From Nitrospirales bacterium (GTDB taxonomy: Bacteria > Nitrospirota > Nitrospiria > Nitrospirales > UBA8639), in contig OY729426.1 in assembly GCA_963422365.1 (NCBI GenBank), positions 704,001-768,000 of the forward strand: a DNA stretch of 64,000 nt. The letters are read 5' to 3'. Under the pieces are notes generated by a model that worked only from the letters and a program-made list of their open reading frames with translations, was not told where the DNA came from and did not search any database. This document shows, one piece after another, positions 21,007-32,431 of the stretch. Numbering within the stretch: the stretch's first letter is position 1; each line of letters begins with the position of its first letter. Both the position numbers and the translations under genes were made by a program.

Positions 21007-22737
21007 ATGGAAAAACGGATCATCCTCTTCCTGCTTCTTTCGTTCGGTATCATTTTTGGGTTTGACTTTTTTCTGAAAGAGCTGGGACTGATGCCGGAAC
21101 CCCCACCCACTGAGGAGGAACGAGAGGCCTCTCCCGCAGGGTACGACCCCCTCTCTCCCACTGGCAGTATTCAGGACGCCTCATCAGATGTTCGTCCTCA
21201 TGGAGACGAACAAGAAACGTCACTCAACAGGGGACACAACTTAGAAGAAATTGAGACTCCACTCTATCGGGCAACGTTCATAAACAGGGGAGCACAGATT
21301 CAAAGCTGGCAACTGAAACAGTATTTGACCCAAGACGAAGACGACCCTCGACCCATCGAGTTTATTTACCCGGAAGGACATTTTGCAGGCCCGGTGTCCA
21401 TGCAGGTTGCCGATCCGGCTGTCAACGCCATGCTCAACAACAGCCTGTTTGAAGTGAGTCGGGACTTTGACACTCTCGACGAAGTCCATCCCACGGGCCA
21501 TCTGACCTTTTCCTATCGTAACGACGAACACAGCCTTCTGGTGGAAAAGGAATTTACCTTTACCTATGACTCCTATTTGGTCGACGTGTCCATTCACATC
21601 GAAGGCCTTGAAGAAGATGCCGTCGAGGTGTTGTTGGGCACCAATTTCGGGGTGGTGGAATGGGGGCAAGGGTTTATCGGTGCCCTAGGGCCGGCTTGGA
21701 TGATTGATGATGTGTTGGAAAAGGAAACCCCTGACCCTGAGATTCGACGTTCTGGCGACATCCGCTGGGCGGCGCTTCAGGATAAATATTTTATTAGTGT
21801 CCTGATTCCTCAGGGGGCCCAAGGGGTTTTTGCGAAAACGGAAGCTGAACGGGTGGTGACGTCAGGCGTGGAGTTCCCGGTTGACAAGGGAGGCAGCCAG
21901 CTACAATTTCAACTCTATGCCGGCCCCAAACAATTTGATGTCATGCGATCGTTGGGCCATGGCTTAGAGGATACGATCGATTTTGGATGGTTTATTTATG
22001 GGAGTTGGGGAATTGTGAAAGCGGTGGCCAAGCCGCTGTTTTATGTTCTCCGTTTTCTTTATGAGTACACCCAAAATTATGGTGTGGCGATTATTCTCTT
22101 AACGTGTGGCATTAAGCTGTTGTTTGTTCCCCTGCAATACAAGAGCTACAAATCCATGCAGGGCATGCAAACAATCCAACCCCAAATCAAGGCCGTGCAA
22201 GCCAAGTTGAAAGATGATCGAGAACGTCTCAATCGAGAGCTGATCAAGTTATACAAAGAGCATAAGGTCAATCCGGTCGGCGGGTGTTTGCCGATGGTGT
22301 TACAGATGCCCGTCTTTATCTCTCTGTTTAATATTTTGTACATGACCGTGGATCTTCGGAAGGCACCCTTTCTCCTGTGGATTACGGATTTGTCGATCCC
22401 GGACCCGTATTATGTTTTTCCGATTTTGATGGGAGCATCGATGGTGCTTCAACAGAAAATCATGCCCACCACCATGGATCCCACTCAAGCCAAAATGATG
22501 TTGTTGTTGCCGGTTTTTCTGACATTTCTCTTTTTGACCTTTCCCGCCGGGTTAGTGATTTATTGGTTGACCAATAATGTGTTGACGATTCTGCAACAGG
22601 TGGTGACGGATCGATTTATTTTAAAACCCCCAACGTTCAACCAGCCGGTACCAGCCGGTGATGACTCCTTAACGAAACCCACGAATGGAGAGACCGGCGC
22701 GTCTAAAAAGAAAAAGGGCAAAGCCAAGGAGTCTTAA
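21007..22737 (+). CDS. yidC: Membrane protein insertase YidC
   Basis: 'LYAGPKQ', 'NYGVAIILLT', 'NPVGGCLP', 'LVIYWLTNN'. Confidence 0.96.
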   Translation: MEKRIILFLLLSFGIIFGFDFFLKELGLMPEPPPTEEEREASPAGYDPLSPTGSIQDASSDVRPHGDEQETSLNRGHNLEEIETPLYRATFINRGAQIQSWQLKQYLTQDEDDPRPIEFIYPEGHFAGPVSMQVADPAVNAMLNNSLFEVSRDFDTLDEVHPTGHLTFSYRNDEHSLLVEKEFTFTYDSYLVDVSIHIEGLEEDAVEVLLGTNFGVVEWGQGFIGALGPAWMIDDVLEKETPDPEIRRSGDIRWAALQDKYFISVLIPQGAQGVFAKTEAERVVTSGVEFPVDKGGSQLQFQLYAGPKQFDVMRSLGHGLEDTIDFGWFIYGSWGIVKAVAKPLFYVLRFLYEYTQNYGVAIILLTCGIKLLFVPLQYKSYKSMQGMQTIQPQIKAVQAKLKDDRERLNRELIKLYKEHKVNPVGGCLPMVLQMPVFISLFNILYMTVDLRKAPFLLWITDLSIPDPYYVFPILMGASMVLQQKIMPTTMDPTQAKMMLLLPVFLTFLFLTFPAGLVIYWLTNNVLTILQQVVTDRFILKPPTFNQPVPAGDDSLTKPTNGETGASKKKKGKAKES

Positions 22738-22779
22738 CAACAATGGAAGGCCATATCTCATGCGGCCTGGAAGACTCTG

Positions 22780-24234
22780 ATGGAAAGCTCAGTTGACGAT
22801 ACCATTTGTGCAATTGCGACTCCCATCGGGGAAGGGGGGGTTGGAATCATTCGTGTCAGCGGTGCACGCGCCATTGAAGTGGCCGCTCGCGTCGTTCGTC
22901 CTCGCAATCAGCAACTCCTGCAACAACTGAAAAGTCACTGCATGTATGTGAGCGATGTGATGTGTCCGGAGGGAGCATTTGTTCCTGTATGGTCAGAAGG
23001 AACGAGCTCGGCTCTAGATGAGGCCTTGGTTGTGGTCATGCGCAAACCACATTCGTATACGGGCGATGACGTGGTGGAAATTCAGACCCATGGGGGTGCC
23101 TGGATCTTGCATGCAACCTGCCAGGGCTTGATTCATTATGGCGCCAGACTGGCGCAACCCGGGGAGTTTACCAAACGAGCGTTTTTAAACGGCCGGCTAG
23201 ATCTCACTCAGGCAGAGGCAGTACTTGATACGATTCAAGCCACCACCACCAGGAGCCTGCAGGCTGCCCAATCCTTATTACGCGGGTCCCTCTCAAGAGA
23301 AATTGAAACGCTCAGGGAAAGACTCATGCGAGTCCTGGCACACATTGAAGCCGGGATGGATTTTGTTGAAGAGGATATTGCCTTTATTCAAACGCCTGAA
23401 GTGCAACAGGCCTTAACGGACACGCAACAGGCCTTGGAGAGGTTAATCGCGTCCTATGAGGAAGGGCGCATGATTCGAGAAGGCATCAAAGTTGCCATCA
23501 TTGGACGCCCCAACGTTGGCAAATCGAGTCTTCTCAATGCGCTGCTGAAACTGGATAGAGCGATTGTGTCGGATCAACCGGGGACGACCCGTGACGTCAT
23601 TGATGAGTCATTGAACGTCCGGGGGATCCCTCTGCGATTACTGGATACGGCAGGACTACGACAGACGCAGGATATGATCGAAGGGGAAGGCATTCGTCGA
23701 ACGGAGGACGCGATTTCGGATGCCGATGTAGTAGTACTCGTGGTCGATGGCTCCATGGGTGTCACGGACGAAGACCGCGTTGTGTTCAAAACATATTGCT
23801 CCCGAAAATATCTTCTCGTGATGAATAAAATGGATCTCCCCGAATCCCAGACGGTTAATGCACACGAGGGCTCCTTCCCTCTCCTCCTGGGGGAGAGCCA
23901 GGGTGAAGGAAAAGGAGCAGGGTTTATTAAAATTTCGGCCAAAACAGGGGCTGGCCTTGATCATTTAACCTCAGTCATTCACAGTTTATGTCTCAAAGAA
24001 GGGCTGGAGGCGGCCCCGTCCGTTCTTGTGACGAGGCTTCGACAGAAGGCAAGCTTGGAGCAGGCACACCGCTCCACTGCAGAGGCCATGCATTCCCTTC
24101 AAAGAAGAGAATTTGGAGAATGTGTGGCGTTAGATATTCGAGCAGCGCTTGAGGCGTTGGGGGAAATCACCGGCGCAGTCAGTACGGAGGACATTTTGGA
24201 TCGAATTTTCCAGGACTTCTGCATTGGGAAGTAA
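22780..24234 (+). CDS. mnmE: tRNA modification GTPase MnmE
   Basis: 'GEFTKRAFLNG', 'GRPNVGKSS', 'GTTRD', terminal 'FCIGK'. Confidence 0.97.
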   Translation: MESSVDDTICAIATPIGEGGVGIIRVSGARAIEVAARVVRPRNQQLLQQLKSHCMYVSDVMCPEGAFVPVWSEGTSSALDEALVVVMRKPHSYTGDDVVEIQTHGGAWILHATCQGLIHYGARLAQPGEFTKRAFLNGRLDLTQAEAVLDTIQATTTRSLQAAQSLLRGSLSREIETLRERLMRVLAHIEAGMDFVEEDIAFIQTPEVQQALTDTQQALERLIASYEEGRMIREGIKVAIIGRPNVGKSSLLNALLKLDRAIVSDQPGTTRDVIDESLNVRGIPLRLLDTAGLRQTQDMIEGEGIRRTEDAISDADVVVLVVDGSMGVTDEDRVVFKTYCSRKYLLVMNKMDLPESQTVNAHEGSFPLLLGESQGEGKGAGFIKISAKTGAGLDHLTSVIHSLCLKEGLEAAPSVLVTRLRQKASLEQAHRSTAEAMHSLQRREFGECVALDIRAALEALGEITGAVSTEDILDRIFQDFCIGK

Positions 24235-24292
24235 TGACTAGGAAATTATACGTGTAGCAACGCAAACTCATTTAAAAGAGTGGAGTGGAACG

Positions 24293-24790
24293 ATGAAACA
24301 AATGGCAATCAAGCTGTTCATGTTCGGAACTCTCTTCATGGGAAGCCTCGACGCTCGGGCAGACAGTGGTAATCCGTTCGGGTTCGAGACGAACACGTAT
24401 CCTCTAGAGTATGAGTATTGTAAAAAGGAAAAAGATCCTAAAAAGTCTGGTTTCAGGGGTCATGGGTATAAATGCAGTTCTGCCCTCAGACCTCCCCCAG
24501 ACCTTCAAAAGTACGTCCTGCTTTTTGTTGAAGACATTGGCCGTTGCTCGATTAGTGCTCTTTACTTGGCACGAGAAATTAGCGGAGTTCGAGATGTTCA
24601 AAGATCAGATCGCTAAACAATAGGCCCCCCCCCACTTCTAAAGCGGGAACAGGTCAGAATTTGTTTATCATTGGTCGCCAAAGGCTGTGTTGAATGGATT
24701 AGGTGACGTTAAAGCAATACAGTTAATGGCCGACCAGGTGAATGACGGGTGGTACAAAGTCGAAGTAAGTGTCGTTTTCTGGCTTGGACC
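24293..24790 (+). pseudogene. Degraded secreted hypothetical protein
   Basis: Signal-peptide-like start, Cys-containing body, reading frame shifts around 24560-24620; 3' limit approximate. Confidence 0.4.
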
Positions 24791-24910
24791 ATTTAATCCG
24801 TGATTGAAGAACATCGACGACAAAACGGATCGTACACTATAAGAAGTTGAGGCACTACGAGGGGTGGCTGTTGAAGGAGTGCGTGGGACGGTAAACGAGG
24901 AGGATTTGGC

Positions 24911-25388
24911 ATGGAAGACAGAAGCGAACCTTTGAGGAAGTGCGTGGATTTGAGGAAGTACGAGGAATTGGGAAACACAAAAGACCTTGTGGGTGAGTTT
25001 CTGAACGAGTTGAGGAATGCAGGCGTTGAAATTACGCAAATAAAAGGAAATGCATACATTCTGAAAAAGGGGGGGTGTGAGCGTGGGGGCCTTGATACAC
25101 AAATATACTCCATCCGAACCCCCTCCAGCATTCTGGGGGATATCTCAAAACCAAGTCGATCGAATGCATAAGAAGTATCCGAGGAATTGGAGGGTTGTCT
25201 GTTTGCGAGGAGAAGAAACTTTTGAGTTTGGCTTTTGGATACACGGTGAACACTTTCACAGCCTCGCAGAAGGTCCATATCCGGGCAGAGAGTCTTATAG
25301 GATTCATCAACGCAAGTTAGAGAAGAGTCCCTAGGCTCAGCGGTTTGGAACGGTTTCTGAATTTCTTCAACAAGCCCATATCTTATAA
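24911..25388 (+). pseudogene. Degraded hypothetical gene
   Basis: RBS GAGGAGG before ATG 24911; coding appears to continue in another frame after a G7 run at ~25068 (ORF 25077-25334) and past a TAG. Confidence 0.35.
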
Positions 25389-25443
25389 CTGCGTTTTTTA
25401 AAGTTGAGGCACTAACTATACCTATACCGTCCTTTCCACTGTG

Positions 25444-25603
25444 TCATTCCCGCAGGGTGTTAGAGGTAGTCTATTCTCCGATGAAAACCTTCGGAGGCAG
25501 GCGTGTTGTTGCTGTGTGCTGTTCCTCACGAACGGAAGTGGGGCGGAAGAGAGGGATCACCGCTACAAAGACTGGATTCCCGATTACTGCCTTCGGGAAT
25601 GAC
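25444..25603. repeat. Palindromic miniature element (GTCATTCCCG...CGGGAATGAC)
   Basis: 10-bp terminal inverted repeat plus internal CTGGATTCCCGA...TCGGGAATGAC. Confidence 0.55.
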
Positions 25604-25752
25604 ATCCGGGTAGATTGCGGGGATGACAAGAAAAACCGCGAATGCCAGAGAGGTCGTCAACTTTCCTTGATAATTCCCAAGCGAAACTATTAGAGCGTGC
25701 ACACTAAGTGCGCGATGGGATGTGTCGAATGGTGCTCAAACACCTCTGAGGA

Positions 25753-25806
25753 GTAGGCCGCATCTTATGCGGCCAAGCCGGTGCCATGAGATGTCGCCGC
25801 TACAAA
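25753..25806. repeat. GTAG-type REP-like element
   Basis: GTAGGCCGCATCTTATGCGGCCAAG...GCTACAAA, inverted copy of 4351-4408. Confidence 0.65.
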
Positions 25807-25894
25807 GACTAGGGCATATTCACATGGCGAACCATTTTTCAGCAAATTCAATAAGTGATGTTATAGATCGAACTAAACCTAGGTAAATTTACTC

Positions 25895-27772
25895 ATGTCA
25901 ATTCAAAGAGATGTCATTGTCATTGGAGGGGGGCACGCAGGGTGCGAAGCGGCGCTGGCGGCAGCCAGAATGGGGTGCCGGGTGCTCTTGCTAACCATTG
26001 ATCAAGGCAAGATCGCGCACATGCCGTGTAATCCGGCTGTGGGTGGAATCGGCAAAGGGCATCTGGTCAAGGAAATCGATGCGTTAGGAGGGGAAATTGG
26101 CCGAAACACGGATCAAGCCGGCATCCAATTTCGTATGCTGAATACAAGAAAAGGGCCAGCGGTCAGAGCCACTCGCGTCCAATGCGATAAGGCCTTGTAT
26201 AGAAAGGGCATGCAAGAGACGCTCGCAACCCAGCCAAACCTTGAAATCGTGTCCGGGACAGCTACGAACATTTTGACCAAAGGCGGTGCGATCCAGGGCA
26301 TCTTGAACGATCGAGGAGAAACGATTCAGGCCACAGCCGTGATTATCACGTCAGGCACGTTTTTAAAAGGGCTGATTCATATCGGCCTGAACCATATGCC
26401 AGGAGGACGAGCCGGAGAAGCCCCTGCGGAACATCTCTCTGATTGCATGCGGGACTTTGGTTTTGAAATCGGTCGGTTGAAAACCGGTACGCCGCCACGA
26501 TTAGACCGAGATTCTATTAATTTTGACGTCATGGGCGTGCAACGCGGCGATGTGCCGCCACGGCCATTTTCCTTTCGGACCCCACGTATTACGAACCCCC
26601 AAATCGCCTGTCACCTGACGTACACAAATGAACGCACGCATGAGATTATTCTAAACAACCTGGACAGATCTCCCATGTATATGGGGGTGATTGATTCCAT
26701 GGGGCCACGATATTGTCCGTCTATCGAGGATAAGGTCGTTCGGTTTCAAGATAAAATCCAACATCAAATTTTTGTGGAACCCGAGGAACTCGATTCCTCG
26801 TCTTTTTACCCCAATGGAATTTCGACCAGTTTGCCGGTCGATGTGCAGGCTGCCATGCTGAAGACCATCCACGGGTTTGAACGAGCTACAATGCTAAAGC
26901 CCGGCTATGCGATCGAATATGACTACTTTCCCCCGTACCAGCTTCATCAAACGCTCGAAACCAAAAACGTGAAGGGGTTATATCATGCCGGCCAAATAAA
27001 CGGGACCTCCGGGTATGAAGAGGCTGCGGCTCAAGGCATAATGGCTGGGATTAATGCTGCCCTGCAGGTCAAAGGAGAACCGCCACTCATCCTGGATCGA
27101 TCCCAGGCCTATATTGGCGTGCTGATTGATGATCTCATTACGAAGGATGCTCGTGAACCGTACAGGATGTTTACCTCAAGGGCAGAATACCGACTATTGT
27201 TGCGCGAAGATAATGCTGATCAGCGGCTTATGGAAACAGGGTACAGATTAGGGTTGGTGTCAGAAAGCCTGTATGCTACATTTCAAGAAAAAAAACAGGT
27301 TACGGAGCAAGAAATTCGTCGCCTGTTGCACACTCGATTGCCATGGACTCCAGAACAGACAAAGCGTTGGAGCTACATAGAACACAAATTACCTGATCCT
27401 GGTGCAACGCTTGCGCAATTACTCAAGCGTCCAGAATTAACCTACTCCCGATTAATGAACATAGCGGGAGAAGCGGACACAGCAGATACAACAATCAGTG
27501 AAGCCGTTGAAATTTCAATAAAATACGATGGCTATATCAAAAGACAACTCGAACATATTGAAAAATTTAAAAAATTAGAAGGTAAAATCATTCCGACGAA
27601 CTTTCAGTATGACCTCGTCACAGGGTTTTCAAACGAGGTTGCCGAAAAACTGTCAAAAATCAAACCCTCTACAGTGGGGCAAGCTTCGAGAATTTCCGGC
27701 ATGACGCCTGCAGCTATTTCTTTATTGCTTGTTGCCTTGGAACGATTCCAGCGATCGGCGAAAGTCGCATAG
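25895..27772 (+). CDS. mnmG: tRNA uridine-5-carboxymethylaminomethyl modification enzyme MnmG/GidA
   Basis: '[10 protein letters not shown]', 'LKTGTPPR', '[11 protein letters not shown]', '[16 protein letters not shown]'. Confidence 0.98.
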   Translation: MSIQRDVIVIGGGHAGCEAALAAARMGCRVLLLTIDQGKIAHMPCNPAVGGIGKGHLVKEIDALGGEIGRNTDQAGIQFRMLNTRKGPAVRATRVQCDKALYRKGMQETLATQPNLEIVSGTATNILTKGGAIQGILNDRGETIQATAVIITSGTFLKGLIHIGLNHMPGGRAGEAPAEHLSDCMRDFGFEIGRLKTGTPPRLDRDSINFDVMGVQRGDVPPRPFSFRTPRITNPQIACHLTYTNERTHEIILNNLDRSPMYMGVIDSMGPRYCPSIEDKVVRFQDKIQHQIFVEPEELDSSSFYPNGISTSLPVDVQAAMLKTIHGFERATMLKPGYAIEYDYFPPYQLHQTLETKNVKGLYHAGQINGTSGYEEAAAQGIMAGINAALQVKGEPPLILDRSQAYIGVLIDDLITKDAREPYRMFTSRAEYRLLLREDNADQRLMETGYRLGLVSESLYATFQEKKQVTEQEIRRLLHTRLPWTPEQTKRWSYIEHKLPDPGATLAQLLKRPELTYSRLMNIAGEADTADTTISEAVEISIKYDGYIKRQLEHIEKFKKLEGKIIPTNFQYDLVTGFSNEVAEKLSKIKPSTVGQASRISGMTPAAISLLLVALERFQRSAKVA

Positions 27773-27817
27773 ATATTCAATCTTTTTCCGCCAAGTTTTT
27801 CATCATTCCTTTCAAAA

Positions 27818-27833
27818 TGTTCCACATGGAACA
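27818..27833. promoter_or_regulatory. parS site
   Basis: TGTTCCACATGGAACA, close to consensus TGTTTCACGTGAAACA, upstream of parAB. Confidence 0.8.
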
Positions 27834-27838
27834 ATGAC

Positions 27839-28528
27839 ATGAAAACCGAACAGCTCGTAGAACTCTTCAGGAATGGGTTTGCAGCCATTGATTTGGAACA
27901 TAACCAAGCAACGATCGATAAATTTTTGGTTTATTTACAAGATCTTGTGAAATGGAATGCAAAAATAAACCTCACAGGCCATAAGGAGGAGCAAAAGATT
28001 ATTGGAAATTTTTTTATCGACTCACTGGCCTGCATCAAGGTTTTTTTGCCGGAAACGGCTTATTCTGTTCTCGATATTGGAAGCGGCGCCGGGTTTCCTG
28101 GAATTCCAATAGGTATTGTTTCCCCTGAACAAGACATCACCCTTCTTGAACCAAATCTGAAGAAAGTGGCCTTTCTTCATCATATTATTGGGGTCCTTGG
28201 ATTAAAAAACATTCGAGTCGAATCAAGTCGGATCGAACATTTTTCAGGAAAACCTGAGTTTCATGAAACATTTGACTGGGTGTTTATGAAAGCATTGCGA
28301 TTTGATGTTGGTTTACCCTATGTTAGCCAGATCCTGTCTGAGTCTGGGAAGTGTGTTTTTTGTCGGACTAAACCCCTGTCCCTTGATCTTGAGCTTAAAA
28401 AATTCTCAGTCATAAATGAAATTACGTACGAATTACCTTTTGGGTTAGGAGAAAGAATCCTCAGTATTGTCGGCCCTGTAAAGGATGTTTCTAAGACAAT
28501 GTTCCCTGTGGAACATTCAAGACCATAA
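27839..28528 (+). CDS. rsmG: 16S rRNA m7G527 methyltransferase RsmG/GidB
   Basis: 'WNAKINLT', 'LDIGSGAGFPGIP'; lies between mnmG and parA. Confidence 0.95.
   Translation: MKTEQLVELFRNGFAAIDLEHNQATIDKFLVYLQDLVKWNAKINLTGHKEEQKIIGNFFIDSLACIKVFLPETAYSVLDIGSGAGFPGIPIGIVSPEQDITLLEPNLKKVAFLHHIIGVLGLKNIRVESSRIEHFSGKPEFHETFDWVFMKALRFDVGLPYVSQILSESGKCVFCRTKPLSLDLELKKFSVINEITYELPFGLGERILSIVGPVKDVSKTMFPVEHSRP
28500..28515. promoter_or_regulatory. parS site (within rsmG 3' end)
   Basis: TGTTCCCTGTGGAACA, 16-bp imperfect palindrome. Confidence 0.7.
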
Positions 28529-28559
28529 CGAGACGGGGGTCTGGTGAGAAAATCGCTCG

Positions 28560-29330
28560 ATGGATAAAATCATCGCAGTCACGAATCAAAAAGGCGGGGT
28601 CGGAAAAACAACAACCGCCATAAACTTGTCGGCTGCGCTGGCGCTGTGTGAACAGAAGGTGTTACTGGTTGATATTGACCCACAGGCCAATGCTACAAGC
28701 GGGATGGGAGTCGAAAAGCCGACACAAACCCTATATGAGTGTTTGTTCAAAGAAATTCCAGCTACCGATTCGATTATTGCCACTTCAATCTCGCAGTTAG
28801 ACCTTTTACCATCAGGCCCTGATCTTGCCGGAGCAGAAGTCGAATTAGCCGAGATCGTCAATCGAGAAGAACGATTAAAGCGTCTTCTCTCACCTATTAC
28901 CAATCAGTACCATTTCGTCATTCTGGATTGTCCGCCGTCCTTGGGACTCCTCACGGTGAATGCGCTGACGGCTGCAAAATCGGTGTTGATCCCTGTTCAA
29001 TGTGAATATTATGCCATGGAAGGTTTAGGAAGGCTTTTGTCGACGATCGAGAGGATACGTGGAAGCTTCAACACAGCCTTATCAATCAAGGGGATACTCT
29101 TAACCATGTGTGATGCCAGGCTTACCCTTTCGAGGCAAGTCTCAGAGGAAGTCAAAAATTTTTTCCCTAATAAAGTATATCAATCGATTATCCCAAGAAA
29201 CGTGGCATTAGCCGAGGCCCCAAGTTATGGACGCCCTGGAGTGCTCTACAATTCGGCGTCTATGGGGGCGAAGGCCTATATGGACTTTGCAAAGGAGTTT
29301 TTGGAAAATGGAAAAGAAAGCACTGGGTAA
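28560..29330 (+). CDS. parA: Chromosome partitioning ATPase ParA/Soj
   Basis: 'NQKGGVGKTT', 'DIDPQANAT', 'DCPPSLG', 'EAPSYG'. Confidence 0.96.
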   Translation: MDKIIAVTNQKGGVGKTTTAINLSAALALCEQKVLLVDIDPQANATSGMGVEKPTQTLYECLFKEIPATDSIIATSISQLDLLPSGPDLAGAEVELAEIVNREERLKRLLSPITNQYHFVILDCPPSLGLLTVNALTAAKSVLIPVQCEYYAMEGLGRLLSTIERIRGSFNTALSIKGILLTMCDARLTLSRQVSEEVKNFFPNKVYQSIIPRNVALAEAPSYGRPGVLYNSASMGAKAYMDFAKEFLENGKESTG

Positions 29331-30147
29331 AGGCCTGGCAGCCCTTTTGCCGGAGAGCAAAGCGAAAGGGTCAGAGCAAACGATTCACATGATTCCCGTG
29401 ACTCAAATTCTGCCGAACAGGTATCAGCCGAGAAAAACGTTTGCCGAACAAGATCTCAGAGAATTGACGGAATCTATTAAGCAGCATGGGATTCTTCAAC
29501 CTGTCCTTGTGCGGCGAAAGGGTGAGGGTCTCTATGAACTCATTGCAGGGGAGCGGCGGTTCCGTGCGGCCACATTGGCGCATCTGCCGTCCGTCCCAGC
29601 GGTGATTCGCAAATCAAGTGACGAACAATCCACGATATTATCCCTAATCGAAAATATACAAAGAAGCAATTTGAATCCTGTTGAAGAAGCCAAGGCCTAT
29701 CGCCAGCTGATCGATGAATTGGGGTTGACTCAAGAAGCCGTGGCTGAACGGGTAGGACGCGACCGGGCGTCAGTCGCCAATATCTGCAGAATTCTCTCCT
29801 TACCGTATGAAGTCCAAGGCATGGTGGCCTCCGGTCAATTGACACTGGGGCATGCAAAGGTCATTCTTGGTATAAGAAATTCTGAAGACCCATTGAAGCT
29901 GGCAAAGCGAATTCTTCGCGATCAGCTTTCCGTCAGACAGGTGGAGCAATTGGTCAAGAACGGGTCCAGAAAAGCGAGATCTCGCCAAACGGCTAAAAGC
30001 CCAGGCCATGCCGATGTGGAAGATCGCCTCCGAAAACACTTAGGAACAAAAGTCGTGATTCGCTCAACACAGCAGAAGGGTGAAGTGATTCTCAGTTATT
30101 ATTCCCAGGAAGATTTGACACGAATCATCGACGTGATTTTATCATAA
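29308..30147 (+). CDS. parB: Chromosome partitioning protein ParB/Spo0J
   Basis: 'KKALGKGLAALL', 'YQPR', 'IAGERRFRA', 'ENIQR'. Confidence 0.96.
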   Translation: MEKKALGKGLAALLPESKAKGSEQTIHMIPVTQILPNRYQPRKTFAEQDLRELTESIKQHGILQPVLVRRKGEGLYELIAGERRFRAATLAHLPSVPAVIRKSSDEQSTILSLIENIQRSNLNPVEEAKAYRQLIDELGLTQEAVAERVGRDRASVANICRILSLPYEVQGMVASGQLTLGHAKVILGIRNSEDPLKLAKRILRDQLSVRQVEQLVKNGSRKARSRQTAKSPGHADVEDRLRKHLGTKVVIRSTQQKGEVILSYYSQEDLTRIIDVILS

Positions 30148-30259
30148 CAAATCCAGCAGGGCCGGTTGGGTTAGAGGAGAGGCGGTCCTCCTCTTCCTCT
30201 TGCACCAACCGTAGCTCCTAAGCCGAGGTCTTTTCGGTTTGTAAAGAGAGGGCAGTCTT

Positions 30260-30712
30260 ATGTGGGGTGCAAAAGCCGATAAAAAATGGGACGCGATTTT
30301 TGAGGAAGCTACCTACACGTTTCTCGGAAAAGCCGTAGACTTCAAAGGAAAAGCCAAATTCGACGGCAGTGTCCGAATCGACGGACATTTTGACGGTCAC
30401 ATCATTGCGGAAGATACCCTCATTCTTGGCGAACATGCGGTCATTAAGGGTGAGATCGTCTGTGGAATTATTATCTGTAGCGGCAAGGTCGATGGAAATA
30501 TTACGGCTTCCCAAAAGGTCCAACTACTGAAACCGGCTGTGCTGGTCGGCGGTGTTCGTACTCCATCTTTTTCCATGGAAGAGGGAGTCCTGTTTCATGG
30601 CACGTGCGATATGGACATCAACGGACTTGATGACATCCCGTCTCAATCCGGTGATGTAGAAAATATAGAAAATGTTCTCATGATCTCTCAACACGCTGAG
30701 ATCACAAAGTAA
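30260..30712 (+). CDS. Bactofilin (polymer-forming cytoskeletal protein)
   Basis: 'VRIDGHFDGHI', 'SMEEGVLFHGTCDM' beta-helix pattern. Confidence 0.9.
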   Translation: MWGAKADKKWDAIFEEATYTFLGKAVDFKGKAKFDGSVRIDGHFDGHIIAEDTLILGEHAVIKGEIVCGIIICSGKVDGNITASQKVQLLKPAVLVGGVRTPSFSMEEGVLFHGTCDMDINGLDDIPSQSGDVENIENVLMISQHAEITK

Positions 30713-30735
30713 GATCTCAAAAAGAAGCCGATTCC

Positions 30736-31875
30736 ATGATGTCCAAACCAACTGTCCTTCTCGGGATGAGCGGAGGCGTCGATAGCTCTGTCGCAGCATT
30801 ACTGCTGACGGAACAGGGCTATGACGTGAAAGGGGTAACGCTGCAAGTATGGGAAAACGAAGATGAAACCACGGCCGTGACGAAGAAATGGGAAGAACGT
30901 GGCTGTTGCAAAGTCGGCTTGGCCCGGCACGTCGCTCAGCGATTAGGCATTCCCCATGAAGTGGTTGATACCCGGGAGATCTTTCGCAAAAACGTGGTGG
31001 ATGATTTTATTTCAGGTTATTTGGGTGGGACCACCCCCAATCCTTGTGTTCGATGTAATGAACGGGTGAAGTTTGGGATGTTATACCAATTAGCGAAAGC
31101 TAGGGGGACCAACTTTGTGGCCACCGGTCATTATGCCCGGGTGTTACCCGTCGGTGAGGGGGTTGGCTTATTTCGAGGCGTCGATATCAAAAAGGAGCAA
31201 TCCTATTTTTTGTACAGGATCCCTGCCACTTGGCTTCCTCATATCCTGTTTCCCGTCGGCCGTCTCCACAAAACAGAGGTATGGGAGCGGGCTGAAGACT
31301 TAGCCCTTCCGGCCGATGAAATGAAGGAAAGTCAAGAAATTTGTTTTGTCACCCAAGGGGACTATCGCAAATTTTTAACCGTAGAAGCGCCACAAGCGCG
31401 ACGGTCAGGCCCCTTTCTTGATCCGGAGGGGAAAAAAATCGGAGAGCATCGAGGCATTGCATTTTATACGCCCGGGCAACGAAAGGGGTTGGGGATTGCA
31501 AGCGGTGAACGCCTCTACGTCAAAGAAGTGAACCCTGAAACAAATGCGGTCGTCTTAGGACGGGCAGAAGACCTTTTTCGACAAACGTGCACGGTTCATG
31601 ATTTGAATTGGTTGGGTGAAGCATGGCCCGAGACCCTGAATCATGTCGACATCAAGTATCGGTATGCCGCGCCGGTAGTCTCCGGTCGTGTTCAGCAGCA
31701 TACTCCAGGGACCCTCTCCATAGAATTCCAAGAACCGCAACAAGCACCGAGTCCCGGTCAGTCGCTGGTCCTCTATCAAGGCGACCGCGTTCTAGGGGGT
31801 GGGATCATCGAATCATTCCACAGCCGCTGTATCTCACAGCCGGCAAGCGAAACAACGAGTCGTTCGGCAACGTGA
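30736..31875 (+). CDS. mnmA: tRNA 2-thiouridylase MnmA
   Basis: 'GMSGGVDSS', 'TPNPCVRCN', 'ATGHYA', 'ESQEICF', 'PGQ..VLY.GDRVLGGG'. Confidence 0.97.
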   Translation: MMSKPTVLLGMSGGVDSSVAALLLTEQGYDVKGVTLQVWENEDETTAVTKKWEERGCCKVGLARHVAQRLGIPHEVVDTREIFRKNVVDDFISGYLGGTTPNPCVRCNERVKFGMLYQLAKARGTNFVATGHYARVLPVGEGVGLFRGVDIKKEQSYFLYRIPATWLPHILFPVGRLHKTEVWERAEDLALPADEMKESQEICFVTQGDYRKFLTVEAPQARRSGPFLDPEGKKIGEHRGIAFYTPGQRKGLGIASGERLYVKEVNPETNAVVLGRAEDLFRQTCTVHDLNWLGEAWPETLNHVDIKYRYAAPVVSGRVQQHTPGTLSIEFQEPQQAPSPGQSLVLYQGDRVLGGGIIESFHSRCISQPASETTSRSAT

Positions 31876-32153
31876 AACGTCGTCGAATCCCAAGCCAGGC
31901 TGAGTTCAAAGGCTCTCAATAAAAGCGATAGCCTGTATCGGGCGCTTCACCGTGACACTGACGACTTCACTTGCGACTTTTGTCTGGGCAAAAATTCGAG
32001 GCCAAATCAGAAGTTGCCACGTGAAAACGCCTGCCGTTTGAAGACGTTGACGGGACGGCTACAAGCGACATTCATTGAAGGATTTCTCAAGCAAGCCGTT
32101 TTTTTCTTTGTGTTTTCTCGACATTTTGCTATATTTTCCTCATAGGCTGCCCC

Positions 32154-32426
32154 ATGAGCTTTAACGCCTTGAAATACGTTGAAGAGTTAGAACAGGCAGG
32201 GTTCACGGATGAACAGGCTAAAGCTCAAATTCGGGTTCTTCAAGAGGTGGTCGAATCCGACTTGGCCACCAAGCGCGATCTCCGAGAGCTTGAGCTTCGG
32301 ATTACGGAACGGATGACGGCCATAGAATTGACCTTAACCAAACGGGTAGGGTTGATGATCGTCTCGACTGCCACGGTCTTGTGTGTGGGCTTGGTGGCCG
32401 CCATGAAATTCTTTTCCCCTCAGTGA
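32154..32426 (+). CDS. DUF1640/CCDC90-like coiled-coil membrane protein
   Basis: 'FNALKYVEELEQAGFTDEQAKA...LATKRDL' plus C-terminal TM helix. Confidence 0.8.
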   Translation: MSFNALKYVEELEQAGFTDEQAKAQIRVLQEVVESDLATKRDLRELELRITERMTAIELTLTKRVGLMIVSTATVLCVGLVAAMKFFSPQ

Positions 32427-32431
32427 AAAAT